Shown here in pieces: positions 44,035 to 53,040 of a DNA stretch of 54,447 nt. The DNA comes from Planctomycetota bacterium (GTDB lineage Bacteria > Planctomycetota > Planctomycetia > Pirellulales > S012-138): assembly GCA_024279285.1 (NCBI GenBank), contig JAJRRR010000004.1, forward strand, positions 1 to 54,447, in the 5' to 3' direction. The position numbers and the translations under genes were made by a program. The notes below the pieces were generated by a model. It did not search any database, was not told the origin of the DNA, and was given only the letters and a program-made list of their open reading frames with translations. Position 1 is the first letter of the stretch, and each line of letters begins with the position of its first letter.

Positions 44035-45057
44035 CTAATTGTGTCGCACCAAGATCAGGTCGCCCGGCTGGACCTTGTAGGTTTTGGGTTCCAGGTGGAC
44101 GAGTCCTTGGGCTTTGGCTTCCCGGAGGCTCCCGCACCGCACAAGCTCCGGAGCCGGAACCACTTCCGCCCGAATGAACCCTCGGGCAAGGTCCGTGTGA
44201 ATCTTGGCCGCCGCTTCTAGGGCCGTCGCTCCCTGGGGCAACAGCCACGCCCGAACCTCTTTGGCATTGCCCGTGTAAAACACCATCTGGCCTGAGGCTT
44301 CCAGGATGGCCTCCAACACTTGTTGACGCTCCACGGGAACGATGCCGAACTCTTGGGCCAACTGCTCGCGTTGTGCGGTGGGCAAGGATTGAGTTTCCAC
44401 TTCAAAGCCCAGTGGGACCACCACAGCTTCGGGCAGTTGTTGTTGCCACCGCTGGTGATCTTCCTCTCCGGCCTGATCCTCGGCCACATTGAGGATCACC
44501 ACTTGAGGCTTTTCCGCAAAGAGGCGAAAGGAGCGCGTGGCCTGATACTGGGTCCGGCTCAGCTCCTCCACCACAATCGGCCGGCCCTGCTCCAGTTGGG
44601 CTTGGAGTTTCCGAAGGGCTTCCAATTCTTCAAGCTCTTGTTCTCGGTTGGGTTTTGGCTTTTTGACCGATTGTTCCAGCCGCTGAATGCGTCGGGAAAC
44701 AATCTCCAAATCGGCCAGCAACAAATCCTCGTGAAACTGCTTCAGATCTTGCTGAGGGTCGGCACCGGCAAACACAGGCACCACCACGGCCAAAGCGTCC
44801 ACTTCGCGCAGCGCAGCCAGGCGTGCTGCGTTGCCTTCGCCGGAGCGGTTCAGACCTGGAGTGTCCACCAGCTCCAAGGCAGCCGGAGTGGCGCGTCGGG
44901 CTTGGTAAATCTGCTGGAGCTGCTCCAGCAGGGGGTCTTCCAGTTGGGCCATGGCTTTTTGGCCTTGGTGGGCCCGAGGGTCCGGAGCCACTCCGGTGAG
45001 CCAACTAAACAGCGTGCTTTTGCCGCATCCTTGATAGCCCACCAGCCCCACTCGCAT
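44035..45057 (-). CDS. ychF: YchF/OLA1-family P-loop NTPase with C-terminal TGS-like domain
   Basis: MRVGLVGYQGCGKSTLF (G1), DTPGL (G3), ILNVAED (the YchF-type NxxE G4), C-terminal ...TDLARGFIRAEVV...EPKTYKVQPGDLILVRHN. The track start 45063 is GTG; ATG is at 45057. Confidence 0.85.
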   Translation of the reverse strand: MRVGLVGYQGCGKSTLFSWLTGVAPDPRAHQGQKAMAQLEDPLLEQLQQIYQARRATPAALELVDTPGLNRSGEGNAARLAALREVDALAVVVPVFAGADPQQDLKQFHEDLLLADLEIVSRRIQRLEQSVKKPKPNREQELEELEALRKLQAQLEQGRPIVVEELSRTQYQATRSFRLFAEKPQVVILNVAEDQAGEEDHQRWQQQLPEAVVVPLGFEVETQSLPTAQREQLAQEFGIVPVERQQVLEAILEASGQMVFYTGNAKEVRAWLLPQGATALEAAAKIHTDLARGFIRAEVVPAPELVRCGSLREAKAQGLVHLEPKTYKVQPGDLILVRHN

Positions 45058-45102
45058 CACCACCGCTCCGCAGCCGAGGAATAGGTTTCCAGAGAGGGGT
45101 TT

Positions 45103-48100
45103 TCATCGGGCCTGAGACGGAAGAGTGAAAATCAGCACCCGAGCATCCGAAGTGCCCAACACCAGTTCGCTTCCATCGGGCGTGTAGGCCAGGGCAAAGG
45201 CCGCTTTGACGGGCAATTTTTGCTTGTAAAGGGGCTTTCCTTCCAGGTCCCAGATGATCAACTGACCCGAATAGCCCAATGTGGCCACCCGGGTGCCTTG
45301 GGGATTGTAGCGCACCTGATAGATGTAGTCAGTGTGCCCCGCCGTGGAGCGCAAGGGAGCATCTTGCTCCACGGACCAAAGCAGCCACCGCTTGCCCAGC
45401 CCGGCTCCCAAAAAACGCTTGCCGTCTTGGGCAACATCCAGGCTGTAGAGCGGTTCATCAATTCCCTGTGTCCATTGACGAACGAGTTTCCCACTGGCGG
45501 CATTCCACAACCGCACGGTGCGATCTGCCGAGCAACTGAGCAGTTGCTCGGCCGAGGGCAGGAATACCACGGCGTAAACCGGCCCGTTGTGCCCCGAACA
45601 TGTGGCGTAGTTTTTCCCGGTGTTGGTGTCCCAGAGTCGCACCGTGTTGTCGGCCGCGGCCGAAGCGAGGCGTTTTCCATCGGGGCTGAAAGCCACGGCA
45701 TAGACCCGATCCCGATGTCCCCGAAGCACATGCCGAGCCACTGCCGAAGCTGCCACCCAACGCCTCAAGCTCTGATCCTCAGAGGCAGAGAACAGGCTTC
45801 GGCCATCTTCCAGCAATAGCAACGCCTGCACCGGCTTGGTATGTCCGGTCAACTGCTGACCCAGTTCCAGGCGACGCTGGTTGCCTTGCTCTCTGTAAGA
45901 AAAGTTGTAAATGCGGCCGTTGACCCCTCCCAGGAGGATCTTTTGCCCCTGGCCATCTACGACCAGAGCTTGGGCTTTGACCGGCAAGGTGGTTTGAGCC
46001 AGGGGCTGGCCGTTGATACGCCACACAAACAGGGCTTGTCCTGTAGTGGCCACGAGCAACTGCCCATTGCCACTAAAGGCCAGGCGATTCGCCACTCCAG
46101 AGTGCCCTTGGAACCGCCGCACCAGGGCCAGGCGGCCTGCGTCCCAAAGCTCCACCTGCCCGTCGGCAAAACTCAACGCAAATTGGTTCCGATTGGGCAA
46201 ACCCGCAGCGGCTACCAACGAAGCGGCCCGAGTGCGCACAGCTCGGGATACACCAGGGGTCCACTTCCAGGCTTGCTTTCCAGCCGCCAGCACCGTGGAC
46301 CCATCGGGCACAAAAACTGCCAGGACCGATGAGGTCGGCTGGGGCCAGGATTCCAGCACAAGCTTGGCTTGCACATCTATCACATACGCCCCTTGAGCCG
46401 TGCCCACCAACACACGACGATTGTCCGAAGCGAAGCTCAAAGTGTGCACCGCTTGGGGAAGCTCCAGTTGGCCTTCCAGTTGGCCGTTGGCCGGGTTCCA
46501 AATCCACAGCTTCTTCCCACTGGCGGCGATCAGGTAGCGAGCGTTGGGGCTCAAGGCCACCGCAGCAAGCGATCCTTGCGAGCCGGAAAAAGTACGCACC
46601 GGCTTGGCTTTCTCCGGCTGGCCAATATTCCAAGCGTGGAGCTTTCCGTCCGGGCCAATCAAAAACGCCTGAGTGCCTGAGCTGTGAAGGACCAGATTGC
46701 GCACGGGCCCGGCTTGAGCAGGCAGTTGAGCCACGAAGGCTTTTGGATGCAACTGGGCCTGACCAGTCCCGGCCAGGCTCAGCACCCCTGCTGACCCAGG
46801 AAGCAATCCGGCAGCCACCACCTTGGGGCCCAAGGCAAACCGTTGGGCCAATCGGGCAGAGGGCACATGCCACAACCAAGCCTGATCCCCCTGGAGTGCC
46901 AGTAGCCATTGCCCATCGGGAGTGAGGAACACCCTGGAGACGGCCCGAGTCAGTTTGAACTCCTGAGTGCGTTTTCCGTCAGCTAGTTGATAGATTTGGG
47001 CCACTCCGTCCTGGAGAACCACGGCGAGAAGTTTTCCGCCTGGGAGCAGAGAAGCAGCCTGAGCTACTCGGGGGAGTTTCAATTCGCGCACCGGCTGGTT
47101 TTTCCCTGCACTCCACCATTGGACAGCCCCGGAGGTGATGCTGATCAGGTGCTTTCCGTCGGCGGAGAATCCCAGAGCCAGAGCCGGACCGGGAAGTTGG
47201 ACTTCCAGGAGCACTTTGCCCTGGGGTTTGGCTTCCATTAGGCGTAGTTTGTTCTGGCCCCAGACGACCGCTGCCTGAGGCCCTTGTGCGGTCAAAGCCA
47301 CTTGTTGAATCTTCTGGCCCACCTCTTGGCTCCAAAGCAGCTTCCCATCGGAGCGTTGGAACCCATGCAACTTGCCGTCTTGGGTGGCCACGAGCACTTG
47401 CGTGGAGTCGTTGCGCCAGCTTAGAGCCACAGCGGGAGCCGAGAGCCCTTGCAGCTTGCCCTGAGCGCTCAGATCTTGGGCCCGCAGCAAAACCACCGTC
47501 TTGTCGGCCAAAGCGACGGCCAATTCGGACAAGTCGGGCTTCCAAGCTGCCAGAAGGGGGGGCTGAGGAAGTTTGCCACTTCGCCCAGGTGAAACACTCC
47601 GACTCCAGAACGCCACCCGACCATCAGCTCCGGCACTCACAAACCGTTGGTTGTCCGGATGAGGAGCCAGGGCCTGCACAGGGCCATGATGGCCCAGTAT
47701 CTCGGCCAGCAGGGAACCATCGGCCGCCTTCCACAACCTGATCGCTCCGCTTGGGTGTCCGGTGGCCACGGAGGCGTTGTCTCTTAGGAAGGTCAAAGCC
47801 GTGATGGGTTCCGGGGTGTTGATTTGCCGCAGAAGCTTGCCCTCGGCGCGGTTGAAAACCAGCAAGGTTCCGCTTTGCGTGCCCACGGCCACCAGGGCAC
47901 CGTTGGGCGAGAGAGCCAGGGCCGTAGCCGCAGCAGGCAATGCGGGGAGCGGTTTTCCCGGGATCGGAGGCCAACTCAACTGACGCACCACCCCCTGCGA
48001 GTCCACGGCCAGCACGGTCTTGTTGTCCGCCCGAATGAGCAAAAACCGGCAGTCCAGCACACCTACGGCTCCTTGGGGCTGGGACTGGTTGGGGCTCCAT

Positions 48101-48642
48101 CCGCGGATCACTCCTGTTTGATCCGCCGCCAGGAAAAACGCTCCATTGGCACTGGTGGAGAGAGCTTGCACGGGAGCCGCGTTGCCCGAGAAACTGCGGA
48201 CCGACTTTCCCGAGGCTACATCCCAAAGAAAGATTCTCCCGGTTGCGTCGGCTACTAGAAATTGCTTTCCTCCTGGCAAAGCAGCCAGTGCCACCGGAGC
48301 AGCCGACAAGGGCACCTCAGCCACCGGTGAAGAATGTGGCACCTCATAGACCCAAACCGTGTTGTCCAGTCCTCCGGTGGCCATCAAGCCCCCTTGGGCC
48401 GAAAAAGCTACGGTAAGCACCAGTCGCTGATGATCTCGCAACACGCGCACCGTTTGGCCAGTGTGTCGGTCCCACAATCGGGCCGTATTGTCAAAGCTGC
48501 CACTGAGGATGAACTTTCCGTCCGGAGAGACGGCCACGGCATAGACGCTGTCTTCGTGGCCTTGCAAGTAGCGGATTTGTTGAGCCCAAGCCGGGGCAAC
48601 CAGTACCAAAGAACTCAGCAGACACAACACCGCGCGTTGCAT
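45103..48642 (-). CDS. Exported 1179-aa multi-propeller WD40-repeat protein
   Basis: Signal peptide MQRAVLCLLSSLVLVAPAWAQQ. Canonical WD40 units sit at both ends (GHEDSVYAVAVSPDGKFILSGSFDNTARLWD; GHRDRVYAVAFSPDGKRLASAAADNTVRLWD; GHNGPVYAVVF...SCSADRTVRLWN), with degenerate blades between. Confidence 0.85.
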   Translation of the reverse strand: MQRAVLCLLSSLVLVAPAWAQQIRYLQGHEDSVYAVAVSPDGKFILSGSFDNTARLWDRHTGQTVRVLRDHQRLVLTVAFSAQGGLMATGGLDNTVWVYEVPHSSPVAEVPLSAAPVALAALPGGKQFLVADATGRIFLWDVASGKSVRSFSGNAAPVQALSTSANGAFFLAADQTGVIRGWSPNQSQPQGAVGVLDCRFLLIRADNKTVLAVDSQGVVRQLSWPPIPGKPLPALPAAATALALSPNGALVAVGTQSGTLLVFNRAEGKLLRQINTPEPITALTFLRDNASVATGHPSGAIRLWKAADGSLLAEILGHHGPVQALAPHPDNQRFVSAGADGRVAFWSRSVSPGRSGKLPQPPLLAAWKPDLSELAVALADKTVVLLRAQDLSAQGKLQGLSAPAVALSWRNDSTQVLVATQDGKLHGFQRSDGKLLWSQEVGQKIQQVALTAQGPQAAVVWGQNKLRLMEAKPQGKVLLEVQLPGPALALGFSADGKHLISITSGAVQWWSAGKNQPVRELKLPRVAQAASLLPGGKLLAVVLQDGVAQIYQLADGKRTQEFKLTRAVSRVFLTPDGQWLLALQGDQAWLWHVPSARLAQRFALGPKVVAAGLLPGSAGVLSLAGTGQAQLHPKAFVAQLPAQAGPVRNLVLHSSGTQAFLIGPDGKLHAWNIGQPEKAKPVRTFSGSQGSLAAVALSPNARYLIAASGKKLWIWNPANGQLEGQLELPQAVHTLSFASDNRRVLVGTAQGAYVIDVQAKLVLESWPQPTSSVLAVFVPDGSTVLAAGKQAWKWTPGVSRAVRTRAASLVAAAGLPNRNQFALSFADGQVELWDAGRLALVRRFQGHSGVANRLAFSGNGQLLVATTGQALFVWRINGQPLAQTTLPVKAQALVVDGQGQKILLGGVNGRIYNFSYREQGNQRRLELGQQLTGHTKPVQALLLLEDGRSLFSASEDQSLRRWVAASAVARHVLRGHRDRVYAVAFSPDGKRLASAAADNTVRLWDTNTGKNYATCSGHNGPVYAVVFLPSAEQLLSCSADRTVRLWNAASGKLVRQWTQGIDEPLYSLDVAQDGKRFLGAGLGKRWLLWSVEQDAPLRSTAGHTDYIYQVRYNPQGTRVATLGYSGQLIIWDLEGKPLYKQKLPVKAAFALAYTPDGSELVLGTSDARVLIFTLPSQAR

Positions 48643-48754
48643 AAGAGGCTCCTTTGAGCTTTACAGGAGGCGGGCAGGTGTGTGTACTAAAGGGGCAGCA
48701 GTTTCCTTGCTAAGTCTAATCCCTGCCTCCTGGGGGAGCAAACCACCGAGGCGC

Positions 48755-48791
48755 AAAGAAAAAGGCCGCCTGGGTTCTTCCCAAGCGGCCT
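48755..48791 (-). terminator. Rho-independent terminator downstream of the secretin gene
   Basis: Minus-strand RNA: AGGCCGCUUGGG-AAGAA-CCCAGGCGGCCU (12-bp stem with one G-U pair), followed by UUUUUCUUU. On the plus strand the same position is a C-A mismatch, so the hairpin is better on the strand of the genes. It begins 18 nt after the stop at 48809. Confidence 0.7.
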
Positions 48792-48808
48792 GCTGGACTG
48801 CCATCCTC

Positions 48809-51800
48809 TTACGGCTGGCCCAATCCGGTTTGAATCCGCTCTTCTTCCTCGTTGATGATGATCCGTGGGGTGACCAGCATCAGCAGACTTTGGGTTTCGC
48901 GTCCAATGCCCACATTGCGGAACAACCGGTTCACATAGGGGAGCTTGCTCAAGATGGGCACGCCGAATTCGTTGCGACCTTCGGCCAAGCGCTTGATGCC
49001 GCCCAGCAACACTGTTCCGCCATCGGGCACACTGACCGTGGTGGCTACATTGAAGATGGAGAAGCTGGGCAACTGCACCGTGGTGCCCTGTTGGCTTTGG
49101 ACTCGTTGAGTGGGCCGATTGGGCACCACTTCGCCCACTGGGCCGTAAGTCTCCGAAGTGCTCTGCGAGCCGCTGAAAGTGAACTCTTCCACATTACCGA
49201 TGGTGTTGAAGGTGGGCATCACCGTCAGCCGCACGAACCGCCGATCAGCCGACACCGCCGCCTGAACCGACAACTGCGTTCCTTCGTTCAGGACCATAAT
49301 GACCGGCTGTTGAGCAACGGCGAAGTCGCCCACCACCGGAATCACACTGATAACAAACGGGCTGAAGGTGAAGTCACTCACCGTGGCAGCCTGACCGTTC
49401 ATCAGTGTGACTTTGGGAGCCTGGAGCACATTGCTCCGCCGGTCGCCTTGGGAGGCCTCGATGAAGAAGTAGGCTTCCAAGTCGCTGAGGATGGCAAATC
49501 CCAACTGGGCACCTGCTCCCGGCTGGAATCCGCCAAACTGCGGCACGGCCAAGTCAAAGCTTCCTTGGGAGACCGGGATGTCCAAGTCGGCCGAGAACAG
49601 TCCGGGCGCCGACATACCGACCATGACGGTAGGCCCATGGTCCCGATCCTGAACATTGCGAGGCGGATTGCCCGCTCCCACCGCCATGGAACCCGGTGGT
49701 GCGAACAGCGTGGCCTGCTCCGCCGGACGACCAAACACCTGGAATGGACGATCAATGTCGTCGTCAATATCAAAGTCAAAGTCCACCCCGATCCGCTCAA
49801 AGAAATTGTCATTCAGCGTGATGAACCGCACTTCGATGGTCACCTGCAGGTCCATCAGCCGACGGAGTTGGTTGAGCAAGTCTTCAATCTGCTGATGCAC
49901 TTCCTCGGTTTGGCTGATGACCAGCGAGAAGTTTCCTTCAAAGGGGGCGATGGTACCGGGGCCGCCGTTTTCGGCCCAAGTGTCTGGAGCCACGGTGGAG
50001 GTGATCAATTGGATCAAGCTGTCAAAGTCAGGCTGAGCTCCTTGGTTGGTCCCACCAGGGCCGCCTGGGGTGGCAATACCGCCCAGATCGGGCATCGCTC
50101 CTGCATTTCCCCCACCAGGAGCAGCCAATTGGGCCAACACGGCTTTATCAATCACCACATTCGTGGCCGGGTCGCCATCCTTGCTGGCCAGGATGGACAC
50201 CGGAGCTGCCCGAGATGCCAATGGGAACAAGGCGTTCTGATAGGCGTTCCTCAACGCTCCGGCCAGCCCAGCGTTGGGATCGGGCAGGAAGTTGGGAATG
50301 GGCACCACCAGATCGGCCACATCATAGATGACCGTATAGACCTCGCCGCTTCGGGCACGCTCGCTGGTGATCTTGAGCACCTCGTCTTTGATCACATAGC
50401 CCAAGTGCAACGGCTCCAAAATCAGGTTCAAGGCACTCTTGAGCTGAATCTCCGAATTGAGCTCAATGGTGACCGGCACATCGGGATTCACCCCTTCTTC
50501 GGCTAGCCCTTGCGGGTCCAAGTGAATGTTCACATCGGCCAGACGGCTTAGGTAATCAATCACCTCGTGCAGTGGAGTGTCTTTGAACCGCAAGGAAACC
50601 GGAGTGCGGAGTTTTTGCTCAATCTCCAGTTCCTTGGGGCTTCGCTGACGAGTGCCGCGGAAGGGCTTGCGGCGTCGGGTCAGTTCTTCCCAAGTGGTGG
50701 GAAACTGAATCGGCTGGCGATCATCGAACGGAATGGCCGATTCCTGCACCGAAGCCAAGGCGTCGACAAACCCCTGTTCGGCTTCGTCTCGGATTTGGGC
50801 GTTTTGCATAATTCGCCGCACGAACCGGCTTTGCCACTTCAGTTGGGCAACGATGGGCTCATCGGGGGCCAACTCCTCGGCCTTGCGAGCCACCAGTTCG
50901 GCTTCGGCAAACCGCTGCTGGTCCATCAGTCGGTTGAACTCGTCCACCAACTCGGCCAGCCGCTGTTGCACCTCGACGCGATGGCGTCGCTGACGCTGAA
51001 GATCGGCCAGCACCTGTTGGTTGCGCTGCTGAAGCTCCAGCAAGGGAGCGTTCTCGGCCATGTAGCGGCGCAGTTGTTCAATGTCCCCATCAACCCGATA
51101 GAGCAGTTGTTGTTTGGCTTCAGGGTCCAAGGGGGAGTTCTGGACCATCACCCGGGCTTCTTCCAGGACCATCAAAGCGGCTTGGGGATTCTGGTCGCGC
51201 AGTTCTCGGGCGCGGCGTTGGGCGTCGGCCAGTCGGGCCGAGACTTGCTTGCGGAGCAAGGCTTGCTGCTGGCTCACTTGACGCAGTTCTTCAGGGCTTT
51301 GACGGCCCAAGTAGGCCAAACGCCCTTGGAGCTGTTGGCGAGTGGTGGGATCGAGTTGGTCTTGGTGTTTTTCGGCCTCCAGGAACAACCGGCGAGCCAG
51401 GTCCAATTGGCCGCGTTGCAAGGCCGCTTCGGCTTGTTGGAACAGGACGCGAGGATGTTGAGTGCCGGTGATGTGGGCCGCTGGAGTCGCAGCGGCGGAG
51501 TTTTGGCGTTTCATGGCTCGGGTCAGATCGCGTCGTACCAGCTCGGGCCGATCGTCCCGGGGGCCATATGCCGCCGCTGGCACTCCCAACGATTCGGCCT
51601 GACGCAGCAAGGCCGTGGCTTGGTCCCAACGCTTCTGACGGATCGCTTCCCGAGCTTGAGCCAGCAAACGCTGAACATGCTGCTTCTTTTGAGCCACTTC
51701 AGGAGAGATCGCCCCGGGGGCAAACCGGAGCACTGGCCCGGAAGTCGGTTGAGCCTGAGCACGACGGCGGATGCGGTCAATTTGGGCCAGAAGCCCTTGA

Positions 51801-52633
51801 GGGTTGAGTTCATAGGGGCTGTAGCTTACACCCAGCCGTTGAGCTTCGTGAGCCAAACGCTCGGCCTCGTCCAACTCTCCGGCTCGGAGCAACCATGACG
51901 CTTGGTCCAGCAAGAATTGAGCTTGTTGCCGTCGGAAAGCCAAGGTGGAGCCGCTGGTTTGCGCAGCTTGGCGCAGTTGCTGATAGGTGTTGATGGCATG
52001 CTGAACCCGATCCGGGTTATCGCCCAAGGGAGGAAAGCTGACCTGAAGGGCACGGGCTTGTTGGACCAGGGTTTGGGCTCGCCGGACATCGCCCACAGCC
52101 AGAGCTTTTCGGGCCTGGACCAATAAAGACTGAGCTTGTTGCAGTCGGGCAGCAGGCGTGGCCACTGTTGCCGCAGGGGCAGTGCCACCAGGCGGAGGAG
52201 TCAGGGGAGTGGAAGTAGCGCCGGCAAAGGGGTCCTGAGGCGGTTTTTGTTGCCCGGAGCCTAGTCGGGGCAGAAATCGGCTCAAGCCGCTTCCTTGTCC
52301 CTTTCGGCGCCGTTGCAGCTCACGGCGTACTTTTTCGGGGGTGTCGGCCAGAGGGTTCAATGGGTTGGGGCGCACGGGAATTTGCTCCGCCTGCTGGATT
52401 AACTGTTCGGCCACTTCCCATTGGCCCTGGCGGATGGCTTCCCGAGCCCGAGCCAGCAAATCGGCCTGTTGGGCCCTGAGGTCTTGTTGGCTTTGTGCCA
52501 GCAGGACAGGGGTCCACCACGATTCCCCACCAGGCCAACCGAAGGCCGAATCCTCTGCGGCCCAGGTGCCCACGGCCAATGCCCCTGCCAGCCACCAGGC
52601 CCAGGTCCGCTGTGCGTTTCGGTTGCTCCACAT
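48809..52633 (-). CDS. Giant secretin-family outer-membrane channel protein (GspD/PilQ-type C-terminal domain) with a long repeat/coiled-coil N-terminal region
   Basis: C-terminus ...VSVPDGGTVLLGGIKRLAEGRNEFGVPILSKLPYVNRLFRNVGIGRETQSLLMLVTPRII is the canonical secretin motif. N0-like segment SLRFKDTPLHEVIDYLSRLADVNIHLD...YVIKDEVLKITS. Signal peptide MWSNRNAQRTWAWWLAGALAVGTWA from ATG 52633, with GAGGA 6 nt upstream. The 75-codon extension to 52858 is rejected. Confidence 0.85.
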   Translation of the reverse strand: MWSNRNAQRTWAWWLAGALAVGTWAAEDSAFGWPGGESWWTPVLLAQSQQDLRAQQADLLARAREAIRQGQWEVAEQLIQQAEQIPVRPNPLNPLADTPEKVRRELQRRRKGQGSGLSRFLPRLGSGQQKPPQDPFAGATSTPLTPPPGGTAPAATVATPAARLQQAQSLLVQARKALAVGDVRRAQTLVQQARALQVSFPPLGDNPDRVQHAINTYQQLRQAAQTSGSTLAFRRQQAQFLLDQASWLLRAGELDEAERLAHEAQRLGVSYSPYELNPQGLLAQIDRIRRRAQAQPTSGPVLRFAPGAISPEVAQKKQHVQRLLAQAREAIRQKRWDQATALLRQAESLGVPAAAYGPRDDRPELVRRDLTRAMKRQNSAAATPAAHITGTQHPRVLFQQAEAALQRGQLDLARRLFLEAEKHQDQLDPTTRQQLQGRLAYLGRQSPEELRQVSQQQALLRKQVSARLADAQRRARELRDQNPQAALMVLEEARVMVQNSPLDPEAKQQLLYRVDGDIEQLRRYMAENAPLLELQQRNQQVLADLQRQRRHRVEVQQRLAELVDEFNRLMDQQRFAEAELVARKAEELAPDEPIVAQLKWQSRFVRRIMQNAQIRDEAEQGFVDALASVQESAIPFDDRQPIQFPTTWEELTRRRKPFRGTRQRSPKELEIEQKLRTPVSLRFKDTPLHEVIDYLSRLADVNIHLDPQGLAEEGVNPDVPVTIELNSEIQLKSALNLILEPLHLGYVIKDEVLKITSERARSGEVYTVIYDVADLVVPIPNFLPDPNAGLAGALRNAYQNALFPLASRAAPVSILASKDGDPATNVVIDKAVLAQLAAPGGGNAGAMPDLGGIATPGGPGGTNQGAQPDFDSLIQLITSTVAPDTWAENGGPGTIAPFEGNFSLVISQTEEVHQQIEDLLNQLRRLMDLQVTIEVRFITLNDNFFERIGVDFDFDIDDDIDRPFQVFGRPAEQATLFAPPGSMAVGAGNPPRNVQDRDHGPTVMVGMSAPGLFSADLDIPVSQGSFDLAVPQFGGFQPGAGAQLGFAILSDLEAYFFIEASQGDRRSNVLQAPKVTLMNGQAATVSDFTFSPFVISVIPVVGDFAVAQQPVIMVLNEGTQLSVQAAVSADRRFVRLTVMPTFNTIGNVEEFTFSGSQSTSETYGPVGEVVPNRPTQRVQSQQGTTVQLPSFSIFNVATTVSVPDGGTVLLGGIKRLAEGRNEFGVPILSKLPYVNRLFRNVGIGRETQSLLMLVTPRIIINEEEERIQTGLGQP
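51308..52483 (-). repeat. Five tandem, diverged ~55-60-aa protein repeats inside the secretin N-terminal region
   Basis: LLARAREAIRQGQWEVAEQLIQQAEQIPVRPNPLNPLADTPEKVRREL / LLVQARKALAVGDVRRAQTLVQQARALQVSFPPLGDNPDRVQHAI / FLLDQASWLLRAGELDEAERLAHEAQRLGVSYSPYELNPQGLLAQI / RLLAQAREAIRQKRWDQATALLRQAESLGVPAAAYGPRDDRPELVRRDL / VLFQQAEAALQRGQLDLARRLFLEAEKHQDQLDPTTRQQL. Repeats 1 and 4 also share DNA identity around GCTTCCCGAGC..GAGCCAGCAAA. Confidence 0.75.
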
Positions 52634-53040
52634 GGCGCGTCCTCGTCTCCCAAATGAGGAACAAAGGATCATCGGCTTGATGGTTTCCAGTTGTTTGTTC
52701 TGGACTGTTTGGACACCAAAAATCTTGGACAGCACACACTTTTCGTGGCGTTGGCGTTCCAAGGCGGGCGGGAAATTAGTGCTGGGGGACCAAGTGGTCA
52801 AGGGCAGTTGGGCCGTTTTTTGACCGCTTTTTTTCAACTTCCTGGGAAAGCTTCTCATGCCCTCCTTGCGTTGGCTTCAACGATGGCAACAGTGGCGCAG
52901 CTAAGGCAGTGGTGGAAGCAATCCTGCAGCGAAAAGGGGGATTTCTCCAGGTTGCTTTTCCCCCGGTGAGGAAGACCTAAAATGAATCACAACTTGTCCG
53001 GCCTTTTCTCGGATCGCCAGCCCAGGCAAAGGAGTCCAGA

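Noticed and set aside
48680-51898. Two long plus-strand ORFs (48680..50506, 608 aa; 50567..51898, 443 aa)
   Set aside because: Both are antisense to the secretin gene, whose C-terminal secretin motif is unambiguous. The translations have no motifs and show a strong Gly/Leu/His/Gln bias from reverse-frame codons.
52634-52858. 75-codon N-terminal extension of the secretin ORF (track start 52858)
   Set aside because: The extension is AT-richer and has no signal peptide. The internal ATG 52633 has a GAGGA Shine-Dalgarno sequence and is followed immediately by a classical signal peptide.
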